Below are positions 29,816 through 38,687 of a DNA stretch of 64,000 nucleotides, one piece after another. Made by a program: the position numbers and the translations under genes. The first letter of the stretch is position 1. Each line of letters starts with the position of its first letter. The DNA is from Promethearchaeia archaeon (GTDB lineage: Archaea > Asgardarchaeota > Lokiarchaeia > Sigyniarchaeales > SOKP01): contig JAHQWP010000221.1 in NCBI GenBank assembly GCA_029856235.1, positions 3,507-67,506 on the forward strand. Reading direction: 5' to 3'. The notes beneath the pieces were generated by a model. The model had not been told where the DNA came from. It did not search any database and saw only the letters and a list, made by a program, of their open reading frames with translations.

Positions 29816-30880
29816 ATGAAAATTGGAATGAATTCTCTGAATAATTTAGCTCAAATAAGAAAGGATATAAAGAGGAAGCGCGTTTCCAGTTACGATAAGA
29901 CGGGAGCAAATATGGATAATATTCAACTAAAACCTAATGAGACTTATCAGATTTGTGATATCCAAGGAGCTGGAATAATGAAGCATATATGGATGACTAT
30001 AGCGTCTTCTGATCCTGATTATCTTCGCAAACTGGTTTTAAGAATGTGGTGGGATGGTGAACAGTCTCCTTCCGTGGAAGTTCCTATCGGAGATTTTTTC
30101 GGAATAGGGCATGGTAAGACTGTAAATTTTTGGAGTCTCCCGTTTGCTAACGGTCCAAACGATGGTAAAGGATTTAATTGTTTTTTCCCGATGCCGTTTG
30201 CTACTCGAGCTAAAATAGAAGTTGAAAATGAATCAGATATTATGACTGTTTTATATTTTTATATAGATTATGAAGAACATAGAAACCTTCCAGCTGATCT
30301 TGGACGATTTCATGCTTTTTGGAACAGACAAAATCCATGCGACGGAAAACCCTATGGTACAGGCAAAAAAGTAGAGCGTTTTCTTAAAAAAAATCCAACA
30401 CACGAAGGTGATTATGTTATACTTGAAGCGACTGGAGAAGGCCATTTCGTTGGATGTCACTTAAATATACATAATTTAATGACAACTGAGAACACCTCAA
30501 CGAATGATTTTTGGTGGCCTGGAGAAGGAGATGATTACATAGTAATTGATGACGAAGAAACAATTTTGTATGGTACTGGTACAGAAGATTACTTCTGTGG
30601 TGCTTGGTGCCCTTCACAGTATTATTGCTCGCCTTATTTTGGTGTGACAATGCCTGGTGGTGACAAATGGAGTGGTAAAATTTCTTATTATCGGTATCAC
30701 ATTGAAGATCCTGTATATTTTCACAAAAATATTAAGATCAAAATTGAGCACGGCCATGCTAATCAGCGATCTGACGATTTTTCTTCAACAGCCTACTGGT
30801 ATCAAACAGAACCGCATATGAATCAGTTACTTCTTCCAGTAGAAGAACGCTTGCCTCGAGAAGAACCAAAGGAAATTTAA
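29816..30880 (+). CDS. GH172 (DUF2961) glycoside hydrolase
   Basis: SSYDKTG, HIWMT, PSVEVPIGDFF, FPMPF, GEGDD, GTGTEDYF, YRYH, IEHGHAN, AYWYQ. Confidence 0.9.
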   Translation: MKIGMNSLNNLAQIRKDIKRKRVSSYDKTGANMDNIQLKPNETYQICDIQGAGIMKHIWMTIASSDPDYLRKLVLRMWWDGEQSPSVEVPIGDFFGIGHGKTVNFWSLPFANGPNDGKGFNCFFPMPFATRAKIEVENESDIMTVLYFYIDYEEHRNLPADLGRFHAFWNRQNPCDGKPYGTGKKVERFLKKNPTHEGDYVILEATGEGHFVGCHLNIHNLMTTENTSTNDFWWPGEGDDYIVIDDEETILYGTGTEDYFCGAWCPSQYYCSPYFGVTMPGGDKWSGKISYYRYHIEDPVYFHKNIKIKIEHGHANQRSDDFSSTAYWYQTEPHMNQLLLPVEERLPREEPKEI

Positions 30881-30895
30881 AAACTTTAATATTGT

Positions 30896-32269
30896 TTATT
30901 TTTTTACTTTATCCAAGCGTGCTTGATGGAGTTCTTTTAATTTTTCTTGTTGATCAGTGAATTTCGTTAAATTTAGAGGATATAATTTAAAAGTAATTAA
31001 AGCAATTAATAGACCTATTGCTGGAACTATAGACATTGAAAATCGCAATCCAACTAAAGCTTCAGGAGTTTGAGTTTCTAAATTGGGATTAAATCCGCTA
31101 ATTAATTGCACAATTATTAAAGCAACAGCAGATAATATCATGGATAGCCTAGCTATAAAGGCGCCAATTCCTCCATATGTAGCTTCTCGTCTTTTTCCCG
31201 TTTTAATTTCGTCATAATCTATAGCGGCAGAAATCACGGGCTCAGTCATTAAAACGCCAGAAATTCCAACTCCTGGAAGTAATCCAATAACAGTAAGGCT
31301 AACAAAGTCTTCTGCTAAAAAGAGGGGCACCATTCCAACGCAAAAGATGATCATAGACAAGGTTAATCCAAATTTGGGTCCCTTTTTTGAATAAATTTTC
31401 CACCATAAAGGCACTGCACAAATTATTCCTAGCGCAACTCCAATCATAGCAAAACCCTCCATTCCTTCTTCTATGTGAAGAATAAATTTAGCGTAAAGAG
31501 GAAGGATCATCATGGTAAAGCCAAAACAAAAATCGATTAAGGCATAGGTTATTGAGCCGATTACAAAAGGTTTATTTGAAACAGACTCTATAAATGCCTT
31601 AAGTATTGGTAGAGGTTCATCAATCTGAAACTCTTCTCTTTCTTTGGTGCCAAGAAGAGAAAGATACATTGTTATTGGGATCGTTATCCCCAAAATCAAC
31701 CCTGCTATTGCCCAACTACCTAATGCAGCAGCTATCATAGTAGGGATCATAATGCCAATCATTGAGGATAAAAATGCTATGGAGTCTTTTATAGCTACCA
31801 CTGAAGCTCGTTCGTTCTCATCTTCGTACATTTCGGTATATAAGGCACTCCAAGCGGTCATATTTATTGTAAATCCCGTATCAAAAATAAATAGCATTAT
31901 CAATCCGTAAAGAAAAACTAATCCCTTTTCGTCAAATGGAATCCACCATAATCCTATAAAGCCTAATGTCATGGGAATTGTGCCGTAGATGATCCATGGC
32001 ACACGACGTCCTTTTTTTGGTTTTAATTTATCCATGTAATAGCCAATTAGAGGGTCGTTTATCGCGTTCCAAGCACCATAGATCATAAAAAGAATTCCAA
32101 ATTCAATAAGCGAAAGTCTTCCTTTCATAGGAAGCGTATAAAACGCTAATAACCAAGATCCAACCATGTTATAAGGTAGTGCTGATGGTATTGCACCCAA
32201 TGAATACAAAAAATGCCCTAATCGAGAATGTACTTTTTTCTCTTCAAGTTTTTTAATAGATTTCGTCAT
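30896..32269 (-). CDS. GPH/MelB-family (MFS_2) transporter
   Basis: WNAINDPLIGY, GRRVPW, IDYDEIKTGKRREATY; ATG 32269 preferred as start. Confidence 0.88.
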   Translation of the reverse strand: MTKSIKKLEEKKVHSRLGHFLYSLGAIPSALPYNMVGSWLLAFYTLPMKGRLSLIEFGILFMIYGAWNAINDPLIGYYMDKLKPKKGRRVPWIIYGTIPMTLGFIGLWWIPFDEKGLVFLYGLIMLFIFDTGFTINMTAWSALYTEMYEDENERASVVAIKDSIAFLSSMIGIMIPTMIAAALGSWAIAGLILGITIPITMYLSLLGTKEREEFQIDEPLPILKAFIESVSNKPFVIGSITYALIDFCFGFTMMILPLYAKFILHIEEGMEGFAMIGVALGIICAVPLWWKIYSKKGPKFGLTLSMIIFCVGMVPLFLAEDFVSLTVIGLLPGVGISGVLMTEPVISAAIDYDEIKTGKRREATYGGIGAFIARLSMILSAVALIIVQLISGFNPNLETQTPEALVGLRFSMSIVPAIGLLIALITFKLYPLNLTKFTDQQEKLKELHQARLDKVKK

Positions 32270-32411
32270 TTTATAACTTATTAAATTTAAATTATTAAAT
32301 AATATAGTATACTCTTCATTTTTAATATTTAAAAATTTATTATTATTAGATAATTTCAAGCAATAAGCTTAGATAATTTAATTAAATTATATTAAAGGTA
32401 ATTTACCAGTA

Positions 32412-33575
32412 ATGAATTCTAGAGAAAGAGTAAACGTTACCCTAAATCATAAGGAACCAGATAAAGTACCAATTGATTTGGGAGGTAATCAATCAAGCAT
32501 ACATATTAAGGCATATAAAAATTTGTTAGCTTATCTTGAAATCGAAGACAGAAACATCCAATATGCTGACTTCGTACAACAAATCGTGCAACCGTGCGAT
32601 GGAATCTTAGAGAGATTTGGAATCGATGTAAGATATGTTCAACCGTTGGGTGGGATGGTTAGAGTTCAAGATATGGAACCATTATACGAGGACAAGTATG
32701 TAGGCCTTTATGATCAATTTGATGTATTCTGGGGAGAAAAAGCTGAAAAAGATTTGGAAGATATCTTATATTACGATCCAGTTATTCACCCATTTGAGGA
32801 TTTCACAACGGTTAAAGAAGTTAAAGATTATAATTGGCCTGATGGTCGAGATAGAACACCTTTCAAAGGATTAAAAGAGCATGCTAAAAAATTGCATGAC
32901 GAGACTGAATTTGCATTATCAACATCTCCTGTAGGTTGCGTTTACGAATATTGTACTTTCTTATTCGGATTCACCAAAACGTTAAGATATTTGAGAACTA
33001 AGCCAGAAGTTATAACCTCAGCCATGGAAGAGCTTTTAAAATACTGGATCGATTATGTTAATACGTTTGTAAACGAAGTAGGAAAATACTTAGATGTAAT
33101 TTGTATTAATGGCGACCTTGCTGAGCAAGCAGGACCTATAATGAGCATTAAACTTTATGAAAGGATGATTAAACCATTAGAACAGAAACTGTCAGATAAG
33201 ATACATGAAATTACAGATGCCAAAATTAATTATCATTCTTGCGGTTCAATATCCCAATTTATCCCTCATTTTACCGACATAGGGTACGATGTCGTTAATC
33301 CAGTACAAATTAGCGCTTTTGATATGGAACCTTGTTCTTTAAAAAATAGATTTGGAGACACTATGTCGTTCTGGGGAGGATTGTGTAACTCTCAGAAGAC
33401 ACTGCCTTTCGGAACTCCTAAACAAATTAGAGAAGAAGTAAAGAGGAATTTTGAGTGTTTAAAACCTGGGGGAGGTTTTGTAGCTTCTAATATTCATAAT
33501 ATAACTGCTGAAGTACCTCCTCAAAACATTGTAGCTATGTTTGACGCTGCTCTTGAGTTTAGAAATTATGAATGA
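32412..33575 (+). CDS. UroD/MtaA-superfamily protein
   Basis: NHKEPDKVPIDLGG, YHSCG, NPVQ, FWGG, GGFVASNIHNI. Confidence 0.85.
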   Translation: MNSRERVNVTLNHKEPDKVPIDLGGNQSSIHIKAYKNLLAYLEIEDRNIQYADFVQQIVQPCDGILERFGIDVRYVQPLGGMVRVQDMEPLYEDKYVGLYDQFDVFWGEKAEKDLEDILYYDPVIHPFEDFTTVKEVKDYNWPDGRDRTPFKGLKEHAKKLHDETEFALSTSPVGCVYEYCTFLFGFTKTLRYLRTKPEVITSAMEELLKYWIDYVNTFVNEVGKYLDVICINGDLAEQAGPIMSIKLYERMIKPLEQKLSDKIHEITDAKINYHSCGSISQFIPHFTDIGYDVVNPVQISAFDMEPCSLKNRFGDTMSFWGGLCNSQKTLPFGTPKQIREEVKRNFECLKPGGGFVASNIHNITAEVPPQNIVAMFDAALEFRNYE

Positions 33576-33625
33576 AAGAGTTTTAATGATTTACACATTT
33601 ATATGACATAACTTTAAGGTGATTT

Positions 33626-34489
33626 ATCGTACCAAAACATAATTTCAAAATTTTCGATGCCCATCTTCACACCTACGGAATATTCCTTGGAAAAGATAAA
33701 GACCTATTGCAGTACTTAGATACCTTCAATGTCGAGAAGGCAATAATAACAACGATAAATAGATCAGCAAGTTCTAAGATTTACACTAAGGATGCTGCTA
33801 ATGTTAAAGATGGAGATACCGAGAAGGATCGGGTCAAACAAGTATTCGAAAATTTAAGAAAACTAATGCCAAAAGGTCAATTAGATCATCAAGATGTTAT
33901 CGATATATCTAAGAGGGATCCAGAAAGATTTTATAAATTTTTTTGGTTTAATCCTAAAATCGAACCTGAACAAGAAGAATTCAACTATAAAATATTAGAA
34001 AAACACTTTGAAAATGGGTTTTGTGGCGTTAAAGTGCATTCAGGCATTAATTTAGTTAAAATACCAAGAGATATATTAAAGTTAGTTTCATTTATGCAGG
34101 ATTTTAATAAGAAATTTCCGATATTTATTCATTTTACTCCCAAGTTTTCAGCGTTTGGAGGGATAAGCAGTAAAGATATAGCTAATCTAGCAAAAAACTA
34201 TCCCGAATTACCAATAATAGTTGGACACGCTGGTTTATCAATGGAATTTGCCATTGACTTTGGACTGACCCTAAAACAATACAAAAATGTATACTTTGAA
34301 ACGTCTTGTTCAATTCCATATGCTTTATTTTCCTTAATTAAAACAATTGGTCATAAAAGGCTTTTATTTGGCTCAGATGCTCCAGTTACTAATCCAATAA
34401 AACTTGAAATTGACAAAATTTTATGTTTGCCCATTACGAATGATCAAAAGCAAGACATTTTCTATAACAATGTTAACAGTTTAATTTGA
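33626..34489 (+). CDS. Amidohydrolase (Amidohydro_2) with a non-canonical start
   Basis: In-frame IFDAHLH lies upstream of TTG 33707; GVKVH, IFIH, VGHAG, ETS, LFGSDAP; AAGGTGA RBS at 33616-33622. Confidence 0.8.
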   Translation: MVPKHNFKIFDAHLHTYGIFLGKDKDLLQYLDTFNVEKAIITTINRSASSKIYTKDAANVKDGDTEKDRVKQVFENLRKLMPKGQLDHQDVIDISKRDPERFYKFFWFNPKIEPEQEEFNYKILEKHFENGFCGVKVHSGINLVKIPRDILKLVSFMQDFNKKFPIFIHFTPKFSAFGGISSKDIANLAKNYPELPIIVGHAGLSMEFAIDFGLTLKQYKNVYFETSCSIPYALFSLIKTIGHKRLLFGSDAPVTNPIKLEIDKILCLPITNDQKQDIFYNNVNSLI

Positions 34490-34708
34490 ATGGAAATTGA
34501 AATATGGCAAGACTTTTGATATTTTCTAAATAATCTTTCAAATCTTTCACTGATAGTTTATAATTATTAATGAATTATTTTTACATTCACTTCAAATTAA
34601 TTATCGGAAAATTAATTCGGAATTAAGTCAATTATTTTTGTTTTAATAATATAATATATAAGGGTAATTGTGTAACTTATAACTATAATTAAGTTAAAAA
34701 TTAATTGA

Positions 34709-35269
34709 GTGGATAGTGTGAAAAATTTAGGGGATGATAAACACTTCGCAGAAAGTAATAATTATGATATAGTGGAAGTTTCAAAAGTTAACGACAAAAT
34801 TATTAAAAAGCTATTAGATTATCTGAAATACGATATTTCGGATAGTTTTTTCATTTCCTTTGAAAGCCTATTAAAATTAGGAAATAAAGTGCCTGAAACA
34901 ACAATTAAAAATATTATTAATGAGCTAGACCAAACTCATAATTTCAAGAAGGAATTATTCCAATTTATTTTAAGCTTTATAAAAGATGGAACCGTTGAAT
35001 ATCATTTGTTACCTCAAATTTATAGCCCAGATTTTATTGTTAGGGCACGAGCAGTAATGAAAATAAAAGAAAACAATGATGTTCGATATTTAAAGTTCCT
35101 TCTTCCGCTTTTAGACGATCCTGACGATTCTGTAAGGTGGAGCGTGATAAAATTCTTATCTCTACACATCGATAATCCCATTATCCATAATGAATTGAAA
35201 AAACATCTAAATAAAGAGTTAAATCCCATCATTTCTGAAAATCTGAAAGAAATATTTGAGATAGAATAG
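34709..35269 (+). CDS. HEAT-repeat protein
   Basis: DFIVRARAV, LLPLLDDPDDSVRWSVI. Confidence 0.72.
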   Translation: MDSVKNLGDDKHFAESNNYDIVEVSKVNDKIIKKLLDYLKYDISDSFFISFESLLKLGNKVPETTIKNIINELDQTHNFKKELFQFILSFIKDGTVEYHLLPQIYSPDFIVRARAVMKIKENNDVRYLKFLLPLLDDPDDSVRWSVIKFLSLHIDNPIIHNELKKHLNKELNPIISENLKEIFEIE

Positions 35270-35426
35270 TTTTCTAAAGTTATATAAATAATCTTCTCCC
35301 GAGCTCTTTCAAGAAATTTTTGTACTATTTTCTTTTTGCATTGTTTTTAAATATGTTGAGTTTTATTAATATGGTTAGTTGATGCTAAAACTAAACGAAG
35401 GGTTATAAAAAAATAGAGTTGGTTGT

Positions 35427-35957
35427 ATGGTTAGTTACGATTATACTTTCAAGATTTTATTGCTCGGTGACGCATCCGTTGGTAAAACTTCTTTTACAAA
35501 ACGATACTGCTACAATCTTTTCAATCCTAGCGAAAGATTGACAATTGGGGTTGATTTTCATGTCAAAACCATAAAGTTAAAAGATAAACTCGTGAAACTT
35601 CAATTGTGGGATGTCGGTGGAGAAGAAAGATTTAGATTTTTACTCCCTACATACTGTTTAGGAGCAAATGCAGCATTTTTACTATATGATGTTACCCGAT
35701 CTCAAACATTAGATAATATTAGCGAATGGACAAATATTGTTCACCAGAAGAGCGGAGATATTCCCGTCATGCTTGTTGGAGCTAAAATCGATCTTGAGGA
35801 AGATCAACGCGAAGTTCCTCGAGAGCATGGTATAGATGTTGCAGAAAAGAATAACATGGCATCATTTGGTGAAATTTCAAGTAAAACTGGTCAAAATGTA
35901 AATAAAACATTTGAGGTATTAACCGAACTTACGTTAGAAAAAACTCAAAATAGGTGA
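35427..35957 (+). CDS. Rab-like small GTPase (eukaryotic signature protein)
   Basis: GDASVGKT, TIGVDF, KLQLWDVGG, ERFR, LLYDVT, AKID, ISSK; no C-terminal Cys. Confidence 0.93.
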   Translation: MVSYDYTFKILLLGDASVGKTSFTKRYCYNLFNPSERLTIGVDFHVKTIKLKDKLVKLQLWDVGGEERFRFLLPTYCLGANAAFLLYDVTRSQTLDNISEWTNIVHQKSGDIPVMLVGAKIDLEEDQREVPREHGIDVAEKNNMASFGEISSKTGQNVNKTFEVLTELTLEKTQNR

Positions 35958-35961
35958 TTGA

Positions 35962-36924
35962 ATGTCCGAACGCGAATTTCTAGCTCTCAGCTCTCTTTTT
36001 GATGCAATGGGAATTATCGAAAAAGGAATAGAAAAAATATACCACTATTTATTACAACATAAAAGAATCGATAATTTAAAGGAAGTTAGCGCACAATTTG
36101 ATCTAACTTTAAAGAGAGGCTATAAAATTTGCGCGGTATTAAACGATTTAGGGCTCGTTCAAATCTACGACCGACCAATGAAGATTTTAGCAAAAAGTCC
36201 TCCTATTGCGATTTGGCAGAGAATTATAAATGAACGAATTGAGGCGTTATCACAGCTTTTTCAAGAAAGGAAAGAAAAGGCAGAAAGTGCATTAGAAGAT
36301 TTTATACAAAACTATAGTTTTGCTGAACAAGTAACCCAAGAATTCGTTGAATTCATTAATTACGACTTATATAATTTTGACGATAGCTATATTTCTTTTA
36401 TGGCAGAAAAGGAATGCAAGATTGCGTTAGGAATTAGATACGAAAACGAATTAAGTTCAGTCATCAAAAAACATGGGATATCAAATTTACCAGCAAGTAT
36501 AAATGAAGCTATGAAATCCGGAATGACAAAGATTAAAGAAAATCTATACAATGTCGACATTCAGGTTATCTTTAGTACTGAATTAATTAAGGAATTGCTA
36601 TTAAGCGAGGAATTTAAACTTGTTTCTAATTATCTTGATTCATTTGGTTTAAAATTCAAGAACATTGATGTTAGGGTCACAGACGAGGATTTCAGCAATT
36701 TCAATCTCACTGATAGCGAATTAATTCAACCTAGTTTCGATCCAACAAACAAATTAATTGGAGCTTATATATCTCGAAATGCAAACATATACCAAATCTT
36801 TTATGAGAAATTTAATGAATTATACGAAAAGGGAATACCCTTAGCTCAATTCTTAAAAGAAGAAAAAAATTTTAAAGAAGAACCTTATTCTAAAACCCAA
36901 CTTTTTGGATTATGTTTGCTGTAA
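35962..36924 (+). CDS. TrmB-like transcriptional regulator (wHTH + coiled coil + effector domain)
   Basis: KIYHYLL...KEVS...RGYKICAVLNDLGLV...RP; C-terminal SRNANIYQIFYEKFNELY. Confidence 0.68.
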   Translation: MSEREFLALSSLFDAMGIIEKGIEKIYHYLLQHKRIDNLKEVSAQFDLTLKRGYKICAVLNDLGLVQIYDRPMKILAKSPPIAIWQRIINERIEALSQLFQERKEKAESALEDFIQNYSFAEQVTQEFVEFINYDLYNFDDSYISFMAEKECKIALGIRYENELSSVIKKHGISNLPASINEAMKSGMTKIKENLYNVDIQVIFSTELIKELLLSEEFKLVSNYLDSFGLKFKNIDVRVTDEDFSNFNLTDSELIQPSFDPTNKLIGAYISRNANIYQIFYEKFNELYEKGIPLAQFLKEEKNFKEEPYSKTQLFGLCLL

Positions 36925-36980
36925 AAAAACTATAAGACAAAATTTGATTAAAAATAAAAAAAAAGGTATAAATTAATTCT

Positions 36981-37409
36981 TTAATTGTATCTTTTATATG
37001 TGAAAATTAACCAGAAAAATCCAGCTACTCCGATTATGAAAGCAATTAAAATTATATAGTTAATCCAATTAGTCCACCACTCAATACCTATCCATGATAA
37101 CATTATTGACAATGTTTGAACAGCCATAGCACTCAATACGACTAAACCCATTCCCATGGCATATTCTTCTTCACGAAACATTCCAATACCGGAAACTAAA
37201 CACCAAAATCCAAGAACAATAGACAATAAACCTGAAGGTCCGAGAATAGTTAGTGCTGCTTGAATTGCAGGATTCGATAAGTCAAAACCTACACCAATTC
37301 CTGCCCAAGCTAAGATATTGAGTATTCCCATTAAGATAAAGAGTCCGCCGATAATAATCATTAAAATATTTAAAAGTTCATTCGAGTCTTTCTTTTTTGT
37401 TTCACTCAT
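36981..37409 (-). CDS. Small membrane protein (3-4 TM)
   Basis: Hydrophobic segments; clean ORF with an upstream TATA-like element. Confidence 0.72.
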   Translation of the reverse strand: MSETKKKDSNELLNILMIIIGGLFILMGILNILAWAGIGVGFDLSNPAIQAALTILGPSGLLSIVLGFWCLVSGIGMFREEEYAMGMGLVVLSAMAVQTLSIMLSWIGIEWWTNWINYIILIAFIIGVAGFFWLIFTYKRYN

Positions 37410-37610
37410 TTTTTAATTAACCATTTTATTTTTAATTAAGATTAGATGTTGAGTATGAAAATAACTTCCTACCTATATAAATTTAATTTATTGATATTAT
37501 AAACCCGATAATGAGTACTGCTATTCCTAAATAGTTTTTATTAAGTAAAATTATTTAAATTCTAAAGACAAATTAGAGTATATTATATTGCATTTTAGAT
37601 CTAAATAAAA

Positions 37611-38597
37611 ATGGAAAAGTTTTTATCACCTGAAACAATATACGCTGGAGTGCAAAGTAAAGAAATTAGTAAAAATTTCGCTGTTGATCAATTAATTTCT
37701 TTAATTGAAGGAAGTAATAATTCGGAAACGCGATCCCAATCAATTTCCATTTTGAATAAACTAAGAGTTTCCGAATCTAAAATTTTCAAACTTATAGAAA
37801 ATTCACTTTTATCTGACGAGTCTCCAACTGTGAGAGGTTCTGCGGTAACCCTTATTGGGTGCCAATTTTTAAAAGAAGGAATAGATACACTAACATGGGT
37901 GGTGCAACATGACAAATCACCACTAGTAATTAAAGCAATTTTTGATCTGAATTTAAGTCTTGCTAATACGCATTCAAAGTCATTAAAGAAAGAGTTAGAC
38001 GATTATTTAGAGAAAATTGCTTTAACTCTTGGGATTGTTCATAATGAAGCGAAGTTTATTTTAGATTTAGAAGGAAAATTTGCTTGCACAGAGGAAAAAT
38101 ACGAACTTGAGTTAGGATCTTACAAGTTATTTACAAAACTCAAAGATCAAAAACTAGGAGAATTTTGGTTGACAATAAAAAAGAAACACATTGAAGCTTT
38201 GAGCTTTAATTTTTTTAATTGGAGATACTTGAAACATAACCCTAGTATGTTTGATTCTATATCTAAAATACAGGATCCCATTGTATACTTAAATCTACTA
38301 AGAAAATTTCATTTAAGTCATATTATAGATTTTTTAATACCGGAATCAATGTCTCTCCTTAGGAATCTTAAAAAATTAAATCTAAGTAAAAATAACATTC
38401 GATTTTTACCAAAGTCCATGTTTTTACTTTCTAAACTTAAGTATTTGGATTTGAGTTATAATATGTTGAGTGAAATCCCAGAAGAAATTACGAATTTAAA
38501 ATTTTTGACCACATTAAAAATTCAAAACAATCAAATCAGTAAAATTCCTAGAATTGTTAACGACTATTTAAATAAGCTTAGGAATTATAAGATTTAG
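37611..38597 (+). CDS. HEAT-like + leucine-rich-repeat protein
   Basis: LLSDESPTVR; LKKLNLSKNNI, LKYLDLSYNML, LTTLKIQNNQI. Confidence 0.82.
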   Translation: MEKFLSPETIYAGVQSKEISKNFAVDQLISLIEGSNNSETRSQSISILNKLRVSESKIFKLIENSLLSDESPTVRGSAVTLIGCQFLKEGIDTLTWVVQHDKSPLVIKAIFDLNLSLANTHSKSLKKELDDYLEKIALTLGIVHNEAKFILDLEGKFACTEEKYELELGSYKLFTKLKDQKLGEFWLTIKKKHIEALSFNFFNWRYLKHNPSMFDSISKIQDPIVYLNLLRKFHLSHIIDFLIPESMSLLRNLKKLNLSKNNIRFLPKSMFLLSKLKYLDLSYNMLSEIPEEITNLKFLTTLKIQNNQISKIPRIVNDYLNKLRNYKI

Positions 38598-38687
38598 ACA
38601 TACTTACAATTCTGTTAAAGTTAATTATTTAAGCAATAAAAATCAAATCTAAAATCAATATAACAATATAAGAAAAAGGTGTAAAAT

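Noticed and set aside
13959-33575. Annotation of the UroD-like genes as hemE and the flavodoxin as hemG (heme cluster)
   Set aside because: They lack the HemE WxMRQAGR motif, carry HxC/HxD metal sites, and have no other tetrapyrrole genes nearby.
33587-33622. TGA read-through or selenocysteine to extend the amidohydrolase
   Set aside because: There is no in-frame start before the next upstream stop (33587), the TGA is part of the RBS, and TGA acts as a normal stop elsewhere in the window.
34596-34626. AATTAATT..CGGAA short direct/inverted repeat upstream of the HEAT gene
   Set aside because: Very AT-rich and a single occurrence; cannot be distinguished from background.
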